DNA from: an uncultured Gammaproteobacteria bacterium
GTDB lineage: Bacteria; Pseudomonadota; Gammaproteobacteria; JACCXJ01
Length of the DNA: 64,000 nt
Direction of reading: 5' to 3'
Assembly: GCA_963764725.1 (NCBI GenBank)
Contig: CAVXTM010000015.1
Coordinates: 32,001 to 96,000, forward strand
The number at the start of each line of letters is the position of its first letter. Positions within the stretch are counted from its first letter, which is position 1. The notes beneath the pieces were generated by a model. That model had not been told where the DNA came from, ran no database searches, and saw nothing but the letters and a program-made list of their open reading frames with translations. The position numbers and the translations under genes were made by a program. Positions 20,804-30,346 of this stretch are shown here, piece after piece.

Positions 20804-22606
20804 TCATCGAATCGCGCGCCCGGTTGCCCGGTACTGCTGTTCCGCGGGGCCGCGCTGTGGGATCTGTGTGAGGCGGCGTCGCGCCGGCGAGCCAGCTCTC
20901 GCCTTTGAAATTTTGCGCGAAACATAGAGGTCGAGCGCTTGCCTTACATCCGGGTCTTTAGGGGCAATTCCCGCTGCTCGGTAGAGATACAGCGCGGCCT
21001 CGTCATAGCGATTTCGGCTGATTTCCCGCTGCGCCATGTCCACATACTTGGCCACGATCGCCCGAAGGCCGCGAACCGCCTCCTGATTTTGAGGCTCCAG
21101 TTGCAATACCTGCCGGTACCTTGCAAGGGCGTTGTTGCCTTGTGGTGTCGTCAAGCGATAAGCCGCGACATCATCCCCCGCCCGCGCCAGCAGCGTAGCC
21201 ACGGATGGTGCGGCTGCGGTGGCGTTTTTTGGCTGCGCCGGCCGCGGTTTGGCCGGTCCAGGTTGCGCAAGCACCTGCAATGATTCCGCGTTGATCTCAT
21301 CGGGAAGAGGTTGTTCAACCACGGTGGGATCGACATCTAGCGCGGCGAGCGAACTTGGCCTGACGGTGGGAGGGGGTATAGAGGAGGGTGAGGTTTGGCT
21401 TGTTAAAGAGGCAAGGGCCGGCGCGTGATCGCTTGGTGTTGGCGCAAGCAACCATATCGATCCGATACCGGCAAGAATTACCGCCGCGGACTGCAGGAAC
21501 TCGATTGCCGCGCGCCGCTGCCGCCATTGATACAGCGCGCCGGTGGCGCCGGGAGGGTGCGTTTTCTGTTGCCTCTCCGGTAGCCAGGCCACGGCATCGG
21601 TCATTAACCGAAGTTCCGACGGTAGGGTGTCGGGTTCAGCAGGGACGGTCGGCGATTCATCTTCCGCCCTCGCTCGCGCAAGGACTGGTAATACCTCGGC
21701 GGGACCGTAAGCCTCGAAGGCGCAACGCCACGCATCGATATCCTGGGGGCGATCGCCGGCTTTGAACTCCAATGCCTGATCGATGGCCCGCAAAAATGTG
21801 GTCGAATATTTGCCGTTGGCATGCCCGACCGCCCGCAAAAAAGGATCCGGCGCACCATGCACAATGGCTTCGGCGCGTGCGATTGCCGATTGGGGTATGA
21901 CCCCTGTCGCAGCCCGATATAAGGTCGCCCCAAGACCGTAGATGTCGGTCCACGGCCCCTGGTTGTCGCCGGAACTGCTGTACTGTTCGATCGGCGCGTA
22001 CCCTGGCGAGACTAGGTTCGTCACGGTTTGAGGATCGCTGACGATTAATTGCCGGGCCGATCCGAAATCGAGGATAACCGCCGTACCGTTTGCCCGGATG
22101 AAGAGGTTGCTCGGTTTAATGTCCCGATGCACGAAACCTTTCTGGTGCATGGTTTCCAAACCTTCAAGCAAGGGAAAAAGCAGCTTCCGCAACTCGCCCT
22201 CGCTTAAGGTGCCCCGGTGGGCCAATGCCGATTGCAGGCTTTCCCCGAGCTCATAGTGCATGATGAGGTAGGCGGTATTGTTCGCCTCGAAGATATCTAC
22301 GACTCGAACGATATTCGGGTGCCGGAACCGATCTAGGTTTTCCGCTTCGGCTATAAATCGCGCCAAGCCCCGTGCAAAGTCGTCAGCGAGCGCATCGGAG
22401 AGCGGCTGCAGGCACTGGTCGGCTTCACGCCGCGCGACCTGAGGCGGAAGATATTCTTTAACGGCGACGAGGCTATCAGTGTTGAGATCTTCGCAGAGAT
22501 AGGTAATGCCGAAGGTGCCTTGGCCGAGCACGCCTTGCACCCGGTACCAGAGCAATTCGTAACCGGCGTGCAAGGCCTCGCGATACCCCTTTGCTTTTAC
22601 AGGCAT
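20804..22606 (-). CDS. Membrane-anchored Hanks-type Ser/Thr kinase with C-terminal TPR-like periplasmic domain
   Basis: LGQGTFG, VAVKEY, HRDIKPSN, DFG, GYAPIEQ, DIYGLG; TM segment; LTTPQGNNAL..Y..VL. Confidence 0.9.
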   Translation of the reverse strand: MPVKAKGYREALHAGYELLWYRVQGVLGQGTFGITYLCEDLNTDSLVAVKEYLPPQVARREADQCLQPLSDALADDFARGLARFIAEAENLDRFRHPNIVRVVDIFEANNTAYLIMHYELGESLQSALAHRGTLSEGELRKLLFPLLEGLETMHQKGFVHRDIKPSNLFIRANGTAVILDFGSARQLIVSDPQTVTNLVSPGYAPIEQYSSSGDNQGPWTDIYGLGATLYRAATGVIPQSAIARAEAIVHGAPDPFLRAVGHANGKYSTTFLRAIDQALEFKAGDRPQDIDAWRCAFEAYGPAEVLPVLARARAEDESPTVPAEPDTLPSELRLMTDAVAWLPERQQKTHPPGATGALYQWRQRRAAIEFLQSAAVILAGIGSIWLLAPTPSDHAPALASLTSQTSPSSIPPPTVRPSSLAALDVDPTVVEQPLPDEINAESLQVLAQPGPAKPRPAQPKNATAAAPSVATLLARAGDDVAAYRLTTPQGNNALARYRQVLQLEPQNQEAVRGLRAIVAKYVDMAQREISRNRYDEAALYLYRAAGIAPKDPDVRQALDLYVSRKISKARAGSPARRRLTQIPQRGPAEQQYRATGRAIR

Positions 22607-22900
22607 AGGTTGAAGAACCTATTGTAACTGCGTGACGACGCAAGGATCATAAAACATTATACTACCGCAACCCTGCACGATATCTCAATGTCTTGCGCAG
22701 GTACGAAATGAACCACGACACGGTAGATCGGGTCCTGGCCTATCTACGCACCGCGCGTGAAAGTGCTGGACGTTACCGGCGAATTTCGAGCCGTGGCCTT
22801 AACCGGTCAAGGGTGAGGGCACGCCGTGTCTGGACGTGGTCAAGGCGTGGTCTATTGCGATGCGCCTAGGGGGCTGGGCGCGGTCGCCCTGCCACGACCA

Positions 22901-23998
22901 CTAGCGGCAGTTGCAGGCCTGCACGCGCGGGTAGAAGGCATCGCAGCTCGTGGTGGTCACCGGCTCGTCAGACGCATCGTCCCGGTCGCGGCACCAGGGA
23001 TCGGTCTCGGCCACGGCAACACCGCTGCCGCCCGGCTCGAAGAACACGTGCAGGGTCCACAGGCGCTCGTGCTTGTTGGCCCCGAAGGCAATGCTGGTGC
23101 GGTGGAAGTCCTCCTTCTCGATGACCGCGCATTGGTTGGTGACCCGGATGCCCGCGTTGTTGTCGATCCAGCGTTGCTCGACGCAGTCGAAGCCCCCGTC
23201 GCCAGGGACACGGTGCCAGCCGGCCTCGTGGATCAGGAACTCCGACTTCGAGACGCCGAGCAGGCACGGGAGGCTGCATGGCTGATAGTCATAGTGGTAG
23301 CCGGCGCCGATCACGCGCCACGTGCGCTTGTCGCCCGAGGTCTTCTCGAAGAACAGCAGCGACGGACGGTCGGGATCGTTCCCCGCATGCACGTCTACCC
23401 AGACCGAGTCGGTGCACCCGCCGAGCGGACCGGAGTCTGCGCGGGTCAGAGATACGCCGGAGTTCACGAGGTTCGCCTCGGCGTGGCCCTCCCGCCAGCA
23501 GGTCTCCTTGCCTTCGTTGTTACCGTCGTCATCGTCGTCGTAGTCGAGGTCCTTGGCCGCCCGGAAGTTCGGCCACTTGCGCTCGACGCGGGCACGCGCC
23601 TGCACCAACGGGTCGTCGACCGCGCGGCGCACCGATGCACGCCGTCCGCAGGAGGTCGTGACATCCACATCGACAAACGGTCCTGCGCGGTTGCACACTT
23701 TCGGCACCGGGCAGTCTGGGTCGCTGGTACAGGCCGTGTTGCAGCGCCCGTCCTGGTTGCAGTTCTGCCCGACGCAGTCCGGATCCTTCGAAATTTCGCA
23801 CACCGCGGCGTTGCAGATCCCGTCGTCGGCGCAACTGATGAAGGGGGTGGTCCCGCCCCCCGGGATCTCCTCGGACAGGGCGGCCTGTCGGATCAAGCCA
23901 CCGGCATTTGCCGCCGCATAGGCCGGACAACAGGCCGCGCCGGCGGTCAGGAAACCGAGGAATAAGGCGTGGCGCGAATCGAGATCAGCTCTTCTCAT
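22901..23998 (-). CDS. Secreted cysteine-rich hypothetical protein
   Basis: RBS GGAGG, signal peptide, two DG.C..C..DPDC repeats, acidic DLDYDDDDDGN, WTLHVF motif; strongly C/G-ending codons. Confidence 0.7.
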   Translation of the reverse strand: MRRADLDSRHALFLGFLTAGAACCPAYAAANAGGLIRQAALSEEIPGGGTTPFISCADDGICNAAVCEISKDPDCVGQNCNQDGRCNTACTSDPDCPVPKVCNRAGPFVDVDVTTSCGRRASVRRAVDDPLVQARARVERKWPNFRAAKDLDYDDDDDGNNEGKETCWREGHAEANLVNSGVSLTRADSGPLGGCTDSVWVDVHAGNDPDRPSLLFFEKTSGDKRTWRVIGAGYHYDYQPCSLPCLLGVSKSEFLIHEAGWHRVPGDGGFDCVEQRWIDNNAGIRVTNQCAVIEKEDFHRTSIAFGANKHERLWTLHVFFEPGGSGVAVAETDPWCRDRDDASDEPVTTTSCDAFYPRVQACNCR

Positions 23999-24392
23999 CG
24001 CCGTGCCCTCCAGGTGATTTCGCAGGTCGTACATGGTCCAGGGGATCGGGCTTACACGTTATCTCGGGGATCGATCTCGCAGCTGCTGAGGCTCATGGCA
24101 CCGCAAAATTATTCAGAGTCTGTTGGGGGATTTAAGCGCGCTTTTTGTCAACGAGAAAGGTACCGCTGGAGTGGTGACTAGTCAAATCACCCGAGATCGC
24201 GGTCGAGAAGCAGGACCTTTCCCGGACCAACGTCCAATATATGAAGATATTACTGAAGCAACGGTGAGGTCACCCTACCTTGTGCGGCAAACTGGCGCGC
24301 AGATTAGCGCATATGCACGCCCAAGGGCTTGCGATAAACTCTACCTATGCGGTTGGATCTCCTAATACTTTGGCCGAGTCCGCACGCGATGA

Positions 24393-24944
24393 TTGGAACA
24401 GAACCTGTCTCCGCTCCCTGGCGTCGATAGAATAAAAACGATGGAGACCTTGCAGCGGGTGAAACCGATCGTGTGTCCGGTGTGCAAGGGGGAAAACCCG
24501 CCGGATGCGGTTTTTTGCGAAGGTCCACGCTGTCGGAAGGCGCTGGGCGAGTTTAAGTACGTCATCGAAGAGGTGGCGGCTGACACGAGCCGGATCGAAC
24601 GGCTGGCGGATAGCGTAACGAGCTTCACGGGCCGGCCGCATTTTGTTACCGCCCACCTCGCGTGGTTCGCCGCCTGGGTGCTATTGAATTCGGGGCTCAT
24701 CGTCGCGGTCGAGGTCTTCGATGCCTATCCATTTAGCCTCTTGGGGATCATCTTGTCGGTTGAGGCGATCCTCATCACGAGCTTTTTGTTGATCAGCCAA
24801 AACAGGCAGAACGTGCACGCCGAGAAGCGCGCCGAGCTCGATTACGAAGTCAACGTCAGATCCTATCGAAAGATCCGCGATCTTCAGGACACCTTGGAAG
24901 CCATCGCAAACCGGGTCGAGCGTCTGGAAAAGCGCGAAAAGTAA
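24393..24944 (+). CDS. DUF1003 membrane protein with N-terminal zinc ribbon
   Basis: CPVC..FC...C; FDAYPF.LL..LSVEAI...LLISQNRQ...AELDYEVN. Confidence 0.8.
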   Translation: MEQNLSPLPGVDRIKTMETLQRVKPIVCPVCKGENPPDAVFCEGPRCRKALGEFKYVIEEVAADTSRIERLADSVTSFTGRPHFVTAHLAWFAAWVLLNSGLIVAVEVFDAYPFSLLGIILSVEAILITSFLLISQNRQNVHAEKRAELDYEVNVRSYRKIRDLQDTLEAIANRVERLEKREK

Positions 24945-24958
24945 TTGCGTGCGGGAGG

Positions 24959-25094
24959 CGGCAAAATCTATATCCCCGCCGCTTTTCCGCGGGACCTTAG
25001 CGATGGGGTTTCCAAGGGGAGAGGCGCAGCTCTCCCCTTTGGTCGCCCCACGGGGGTTGCATACCCCGTGGCGGTAAAATCTAAATTGACTTTC
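24959..25094. repeat. Repeat family B, copy 2 (most complete)
   Basis: Hairpins AGGGGAGAG-gcgcag-CTCTCCCCT and CCACGGGG-gttgcata-CCCCGTGG; CGG(C/T)AAAATCTA repeated directly near both ends. Confidence 0.75.
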
Positions 25095-25136
25095 AGGCTG
25101 GCCCAGCCACTGCTTTCCACGTAAGATGTCCGAGCG

Positions 25137-25460
25137 ATGGTCATGACAATCGGCGCGAATCTTAAGCGCCGCTTCCGACGGCGCGTCTTCATCATCACCC
25201 TGGGGCTGCTCATCGCCCAACTCGGGATGCTAGCGCACGCGCTCGAACATGAGCGCGAGCTAGCGCAAGGCAGGGCCCATGCAGCTTGTCTTCTGTGCCA
25301 TGCCGCCGATCATCTCGGGCATGGTCTGCTGGCGTCCCTTGTGCCGGAGACGATCCCACAAGGCCCTATCCGGGCTGCCTTAGAATTTGGTGTCGCGGCC
25401 GACGTTCACACTGTTTTTCCGTTCCTGGCGCGCGCACCACCCGCCGCTCTCCAAGCCTAG
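25137..25460 (+). CDS. DUF2946/CruR-like leader protein with CxxC and C-terminal RAPP motif
   Basis: Basic N-terminus plus hydrophobic segment, His-rich AHAACLLCHAADH, RAPP at 25431-25442; first gene of a metal-uptake operon. Confidence 0.75.
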   Translation: MVMTIGANLKRRFRRRVFIITLGLLIAQLGMLAHALEHERELAQGRAHAACLLCHAADHLGHGLLASLVPETIPQGPIRAALEFGVAADVHTVFPFLARAPPAALQA

Positions 25461-25549
25461 TTTTCTAAGTCTGTTCTCTATCGACGCGCCCTGGGCCAGG
25501 CCTCGGGCCGTGGCATGCGCGTTCGGCATAAACCTCTTGGAGAGAAATC

Positions 25550-27007
25550 ATGCGACTGAGACTCACACTGATGGGCTTGGCGCTCGTCTCGTGCCTTGCC
25601 TTTGCGGCGGACCCCGAGCTTGCCGAGCTGCGCCAACAAGTACAGCAATTGAAGCGGGACTATGAGCAGAAGATACGTGCGTTGGAGGCGCGCGTATCAC
25701 GCGCCGAAGCAGCGGCCGAACAAGCGCAAACGACTCGCCGTAACGCTGCCGCCGACCAAGCGGCGCCGACCGCGAAGTCACCGCTCGATAAAGCACTGGC
25801 CGAAACAAGCGCTATGGCTTCAGAGCAAGAACCGAGCACTACCACACGGATAACCCCTGCCCCCTTCAGCGGCACAAGCATCGGCCCCTTCAGCTTGATC
25901 GATGTGTCATTCAATATTCTGGGTGTCGGAGGCTGGTCCACCGCGCCCGATAGCATCATCGAAGAATTGGAGGGCGGCGCTCATGATCCCAAGCGCCGCG
26001 GCTTCACGCTGCAGCAGGGTGAGCTAGGGTTGGCGGGGGCCGTGGATCCCTATTTCAACGCACAGGCTTACATCGTTTTCACCGATGAGTCGGTCGAGCT
26101 TGAGGAAGCTTACCTGACGACAACCTCCCTCCCTTGGGATCTACAAGCTAAAGCGGGGTATTTTTTTACGGAGTTTGGCCGCAATAACCCTACGCATCCG
26201 CATTCGTGGGCATGGATCGATCAGCCTTTCATCAACACGCGCTTGCTCGGGGGCGAGGGCAACCGCGCGGCGGGGACGCGTTTGAGTTGGCTGTTGCCGA
26301 CGCGGTGGTACTCCGAAATCTATCTCGGCGCGCAGAACGCAAACAACGAGACGGAGGTGAGCTTCCTCGGCGAGCGCGAGGGTACCGAAGGCGGCATCGG
26401 CGGCTTGACCGCTACCAAAGACGACGTAGACAACCTGACCGATCTGCTTTACCTAGCCCGCTGGGCCAATGGTTGGGATCTCAATCAGGAATGGAGCACC
26501 CAAATCGGGCTGTCGGCTCTTCATGGCCCCAATGTTACGGGCAACCGTGGGACGACCTGGATCTATGGCACTGATTTGGTCGCAAAATGGCGGCCCTCTA
26601 ACAGCTATCGCGGGTGGCCGTTCCTGACCTGGGAAACCGAGATCATGGCGCGCGATTATGACATCGATACCGCCAATCCTGATTTCGATCCGGCGAGCGT
26701 GGATAAGTCACTAAAAGACTGGGGCTTGTATACTCAAACGCTCTACGGCTTCACGCCGCGTTGGGCGGCAGGTTTGCGGTTTGAATACGCGAGCGGCAGC
26801 GGTAACGGCCTGGAAGCGCGCGAGGATGATCCCTTCCGCGCGGATCGCTTCCGTTTCTCTCCCTTGCTGGCCTTCTATCCTAGCGAGTTCTCGCGCATTC
26901 GCTTGCAGTACAACTATGACCATGCGGACAACTTGACGGAGGACGAACACTCCGTATGGGTTGGATTCGAAGTCAGCTATGGCGCACATCCGGCGCATAA
27001 ATATTGA
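25550..27007 (+). CDS. Outer-membrane beta-barrel (porin-like) of a metal-uptake operon, with N-terminal coiled coil
   Basis: Signal peptide, coiled coil, amphipathic strands, NPTHPH and terminal GAHPAHKY His motifs; no recognisable TonB plug. Confidence 0.8.
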   Translation: MRLRLTLMGLALVSCLAFAADPELAELRQQVQQLKRDYEQKIRALEARVSRAEAAAEQAQTTRRNAAADQAAPTAKSPLDKALAETSAMASEQEPSTTTRITPAPFSGTSIGPFSLIDVSFNILGVGGWSTAPDSIIEELEGGAHDPKRRGFTLQQGELGLAGAVDPYFNAQAYIVFTDESVELEEAYLTTTSLPWDLQAKAGYFFTEFGRNNPTHPHSWAWIDQPFINTRLLGGEGNRAAGTRLSWLLPTRWYSEIYLGAQNANNETEVSFLGEREGTEGGIGGLTATKDDVDNLTDLLYLARWANGWDLNQEWSTQIGLSALHGPNVTGNRGTTWIYGTDLVAKWRPSNSYRGWPFLTWETEIMARDYDIDTANPDFDPASVDKSLKDWGLYTQTLYGFTPRWAAGLRFEYASGSGNGLEAREDDPFRADRFRFSPLLAFYPSEFSRIRLQYNYDHADNLTEDEHSVWVGFEVSYGAHPAHKY

Positions 27008-27021
27008 GGAAGTCCACGATC

Positions 27022-28083
27022 ATGAAAGCAAAATCATTGACAAAAGTTTTTACGTCCATTGCTTACCTAGCCACGTGGCTTTCGTTAAGCAATGTGGAGG
27101 CTTTCGCCGTGGAGGGGAAACTCAAGGCCTGCGCCACCGTGCCGGAGCTTGGCAGCTTGTTACGCGAACTCGGCGGTGAGCACGTCGCGGTGACAGTCTT
27201 TGCGAAAGGTACAGAAGATCCTCACTTCGTCGAGGCTAAGCCTAGCTTAATCAAGGCCATGAACGAATGCGATCTCTATGTGCAGGTCGGTCTAGATCTG
27301 GAAATCGGCTGGGCCCCGATGCTGTTACAAAATGCGCGTAATGCCAAGGTGCTGCGGGGAAGCTCGGGCTTCCTCGACACCTCACGAGCAATCACTCCGC
27401 TAGATGTTCCAACCCAAGCGGTCGATCGTTCCATGGGCGATGTCCATCCCTTCGGCAATCCGCACTATCTCGCGGATCCCTTGAACGGTTTGGCCGTAGC
27501 CGAGTTAATCGTCCAAAAGCTCGGAGAACTGCGGCCTCTCGATAAGGGCTACTTTGAAAGCCGTTATGCGGCCTTTTCCCAGCGACTCGCCGCGAATCTG
27601 GTCGGCGACACGTTAGCCCGACAATACGCTATCGGTGATGTCAAAAAGCTCGCCCAGCTTTTCGAGCGTGGCAAGCTCAAGGCATTTCTCGACAGTCAGG
27701 GACAAGGCGCGCAACTAGGCGGCTGGTTGGGTTTGATGCAGCCTTATTACGGAACCAAGATCGTGGACGATCACAATCTCTGGCCTTATTTCGCTCATCG
27801 TTTCGGGCTGGTGATCGCCGGTCACATGGAACCCAAGCCGGGCATTCCCCCCACCACGCAACACCTGCAAGATCTCGTGAGACGGATGCAAACAGACGCT
27901 ATCAAGATCGTTATCACCTCGGCATATTATGATCCGCGGCACGGGCAGTTTCTCGCCAAGCACACGGGCGCGCAGGTGCTTGCGCTCGCCAATCAAGTCG
28001 GCGCGAGACCCGGCACGGACGATTATATTGCGATGATCGATTACAACGTGAAGCAGCTTGCCGCAGCTCTAGGCCAGCACTGA
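27022..28083 (+). CDS. Zn/Mn-type ABC transporter substrate-binding protein (ZnuA/TroA family)
   Basis: DPHFVE, GLDLE.GW, DVHP.GNPHY, EPKPGIPP. Confidence 0.9.
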   Translation: MKAKSLTKVFTSIAYLATWLSLSNVEAFAVEGKLKACATVPELGSLLRELGGEHVAVTVFAKGTEDPHFVEAKPSLIKAMNECDLYVQVGLDLEIGWAPMLLQNARNAKVLRGSSGFLDTSRAITPLDVPTQAVDRSMGDVHPFGNPHYLADPLNGLAVAELIVQKLGELRPLDKGYFESRYAAFSQRLAANLVGDTLARQYAIGDVKKLAQLFERGKLKAFLDSQGQGAQLGGWLGLMQPYYGTKIVDDHNLWPYFAHRFGLVIAGHMEPKPGIPPTTQHLQDLVRRMQTDAIKIVITSAYYDPRHGQFLAKHTGAQVLALANQVGARPGTDDYIAMIDYNVKQLAAALGQH

Positions 28084-28820
28084 TGCCGACATGCAGAGGA
28101 GGCGCGCCACTAATACGTATCGACGGCTTGTTCATCGCTTATGGCAATGCGGCAATTCTCTCAGAGGTCAATCTCAAGATCCACGCCGGCGATTTCTGGT
28201 TCCTGCTGGGACCTAACGGCTCGGGCAAGAGTAGCATGTTGAACGCAATACTAGGTCTTCTACCAAACATCAAAGGCCAGGTTTGGCGCGATCCGGCGCT
28301 AGCGGGCGCGGATCAGATCGGCTTCGTGCCGCAACGCTGCGATTTTAATCCTAGCCTGCCCACGACGGTGCGTGAGTTCGTCCGTCTGGGACTCTGCGGA
28401 ATTCGGGAAACTCGCGCCGGGGAAGCCGAGCGCATAACCTGGTCCTTGGCGCAAGTAGACCTCGCCGGCATGGAAAGACGCGACTATTGGTCTCTCTCCG
28501 GCGGTCAGCGCCAGCGCGCGCTGGTCGCCCGCGCTCTGGCACGCCGCCCGAGCTTGCTCGTGCTGGACGAACCTACGGGCGGCATGGATCTCATCGTAGA
28601 GGCGCGGCTCATGGAGCACTTGGCTGAGTTGAATCGCGACGAGCAGCTCACCGTCGTCTGTGTCTCGCACGATCTCGGCATCGCAGAAAAATATGGGACC
28701 CATGTCTGTCTCGTCGCTAATGGTGGGGTAAGTTCAGGAACTACCGCGAAAATGTTGCAGAGCCATGTGCTTGCAGTTGCCTTTGGCAGGCTACCTATTC
28801 CGGGAAGCATGAACATTTGA
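28083..28820 (+). CDS. Metal ABC transporter ATPase (ZnuC-like)
   Basis: GPNGSGKS, FVPQ, LSGGQRQR, LDEP, VSHD. Confidence 0.92.
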   Translation: MPTCRGGAPLIRIDGLFIAYGNAAILSEVNLKIHAGDFWFLLGPNGSGKSSMLNAILGLLPNIKGQVWRDPALAGADQIGFVPQRCDFNPSLPTTVREFVRLGLCGIRETRAGEAERITWSLAQVDLAGMERRDYWSLSGGQRQRALVARALARRPSLLVLDEPTGGMDLIVEARLMEHLAELNRDEQLTVVCVSHDLGIAEKYGTHVCLVANGGVSSGTTAKMLQSHVLAVAFGRLPIPGSMNI

Positions 28821-29680
28821 TAAGCGAATTCCTGGCCTCCTGGCCCCTGTTTCACAACACCTACCTCGCTGGCTGGCTCATCGCTCTCGTTCTGGCGCTA
28901 ATCGGCGTTATCGTCGTAGCCCGCGATCAGATCTTCGTGAGCGCCGCCGTCGCGCAGGCATCGAGCTTCGGCGTTGCGTTCGGAATGTGGGCAACATCCC
29001 TAGCCAGCATTCAAGTATGGGATTGGCTGCATAGCGACGGTTTTCTCTCCGGCTGCGCGATCGCGTTTGCAGTGGCTTCCGCGATGCTCACAGCCCGCAC
29101 CCGTGAACCTCGGCGGGAAAGCGGCGAAGCGATCACGGGCTGGATCTTTCTCGCGGCGGGCAGCGGCGCGGTCCTCCTGCTCTCGCATAGTCCGCATGGC
29201 CTGGAAGAGGTTCACAGACTTCTTTCTTCAAGTCTGATCGGCGCAACGGACGCGGATGTAGCGGGTTTCACGGCGTTGACCGTCGCCAGTGCAATCTTTT
29301 TTTTCTTGGGCTGGCGCCGCATCTTGCTCATAGCGCAAGACCCCATGACGGCGCGCGCCCTCGGGATCCACCCCGCGCGTTGGCTTATCGCAACTTCGCT
29401 CGCACTGGGGGTCGCGGCCGGTCTTGCCATACGTACATCGGGGATGCTTTACACCTTCGGCTGCCTGGTCTTGCCGGGACTTGTGGCCAAGAACGTTTGC
29501 CGCGAAGTCCGCGCCATGTTCTTTGTGGCGCCTGTAGTCGCGGTGGCCGCTGCGGTCAGCGGCTTCGTGATCGCCCATCATGCCGATTACCCACCCGGCC
29601 AAATGACCGTTGCGATTTTGTGCCTGTTCCTTACCCTAGCGTGGCTTTATCGGGCCACCGTCTCTAGCCTTAGCGCCTAG
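28817..29680 (+). CDS. Metal ABC transporter permease (ZnuB/ABC-3 family)
   Basis: Multiple TM helices, D...ARALGI, DYPPG; follows ATPase. Confidence 0.88.
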   Translation: MISEFLASWPLFHNTYLAGWLIALVLALIGVIVVARDQIFVSAAVAQASSFGVAFGMWATSLASIQVWDWLHSDGFLSGCAIAFAVASAMLTARTREPRRESGEAITGWIFLAAGSGAVLLLSHSPHGLEEVHRLLSSSLIGATDADVAGFTALTVASAIFFFLGWRRILLIAQDPMTARALGIHPARWLIATSLALGVAAGLAIRTSGMLYTFGCLVLPGLVAKNVCREVRAMFFVAPVVAVAAAVSGFVIAHHADYPPGQMTVAILCLFLTLAWLYRATVSSLSA

Positions 29681-29781
29681 AAAGCGTTTAGGATCGCTCA
29701 AAGGTGTGGTCCGCTAGTTCGCCGCGGCCGTCTCGCGATGCATGGCGGGGCTTGATTGTCATTTTTGGCGAGGTTTCTACC

Positions 29782-30195
29782 ATGTCCACGGTGTTCCATA
29801 GGATCGTTGCCGGTGAGATCCCGTGCCATCGCGTGTATGAGGACGCGCAGGTGCTCGCCTTCTTGGACATCTCTCCTTTATCGCGCGGGCACACATTGGT
29901 GATCCCGAAGCAGGCGGCGGCGACCTTGGATGAGTTGCCGGAAGAATACGGCGCGGCCATCGGCCGCGCCTTGCCGCGGATCTGCCGGGCGATCATGCGC
30001 GCGACCGGAGCGACGGCCTACAATGTACTCCAGAACAACGGGCCGCTCGCGCATCAGGCGGTCTTCTATGTGCATTTCCATATCATCCCGAAGTATCAAG
30101 AGGGACCGGGGCTGGGCATCGGATGGAAACCACAGACGCTGGCCCAGGACGAAGCCAAGGCGCTAGCAAGCCTGATCGCCGGAAACGTCGCCTGA
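29782..30195 (+). CDS. HIT family nucleotide hydrolase
   Basis: F..IVAGEIP, FLDISP...GHTLVIPK, HQAVFYVHFHIIP (first triad His is Tyr). Confidence 0.9.
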   Translation: MSTVFHRIVAGEIPCHRVYEDAQVLAFLDISPLSRGHTLVIPKQAAATLDELPEEYGAAIGRALPRICRAIMRATGATAYNVLQNNGPLAHQAVFYVHFHIIPKYQEGPGLGIGWKPQTLAQDEAKALASLIAGNVA

Positions 30196-30249
30196 TGTTG
30201 GCTGGCGATTAGTCACCCGCCGCGGCGTGCGGCGTTCCAGAAAGGCATA

Positions 30250-30274
30250 CATCCAAAATCCGATTGCGTGCGTA
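30250..30274 (+). promoter_or_regulatory. Putative ECF-sigma (SigK-like) promoter CATCC-N16-CGTA
   Basis: CATCC 30250-54 and CGTA 30271-74, about 70 bp before the DUF4331 start. Confidence 0.4.
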
Positions 30275-30346
30275 CTTTGCTCAGATGCGAGTGTTTGCAC
30301 TCGTGTCGGTGCAGTTCCAGGTATTAACGCGAAAGGAGGAACCCTT

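Noticed and set aside
22826-23965. 379-aa plus-strand ORF
   Set aside because: Antisense shadow of the Cys-rich gene, which has the RBS and signal peptide
25086-25127. TTGACT at the end of repeat B as -35 for the leader ORF
   Set aside because: About 30 bp from the nearest -10-like TAAGAT, too far
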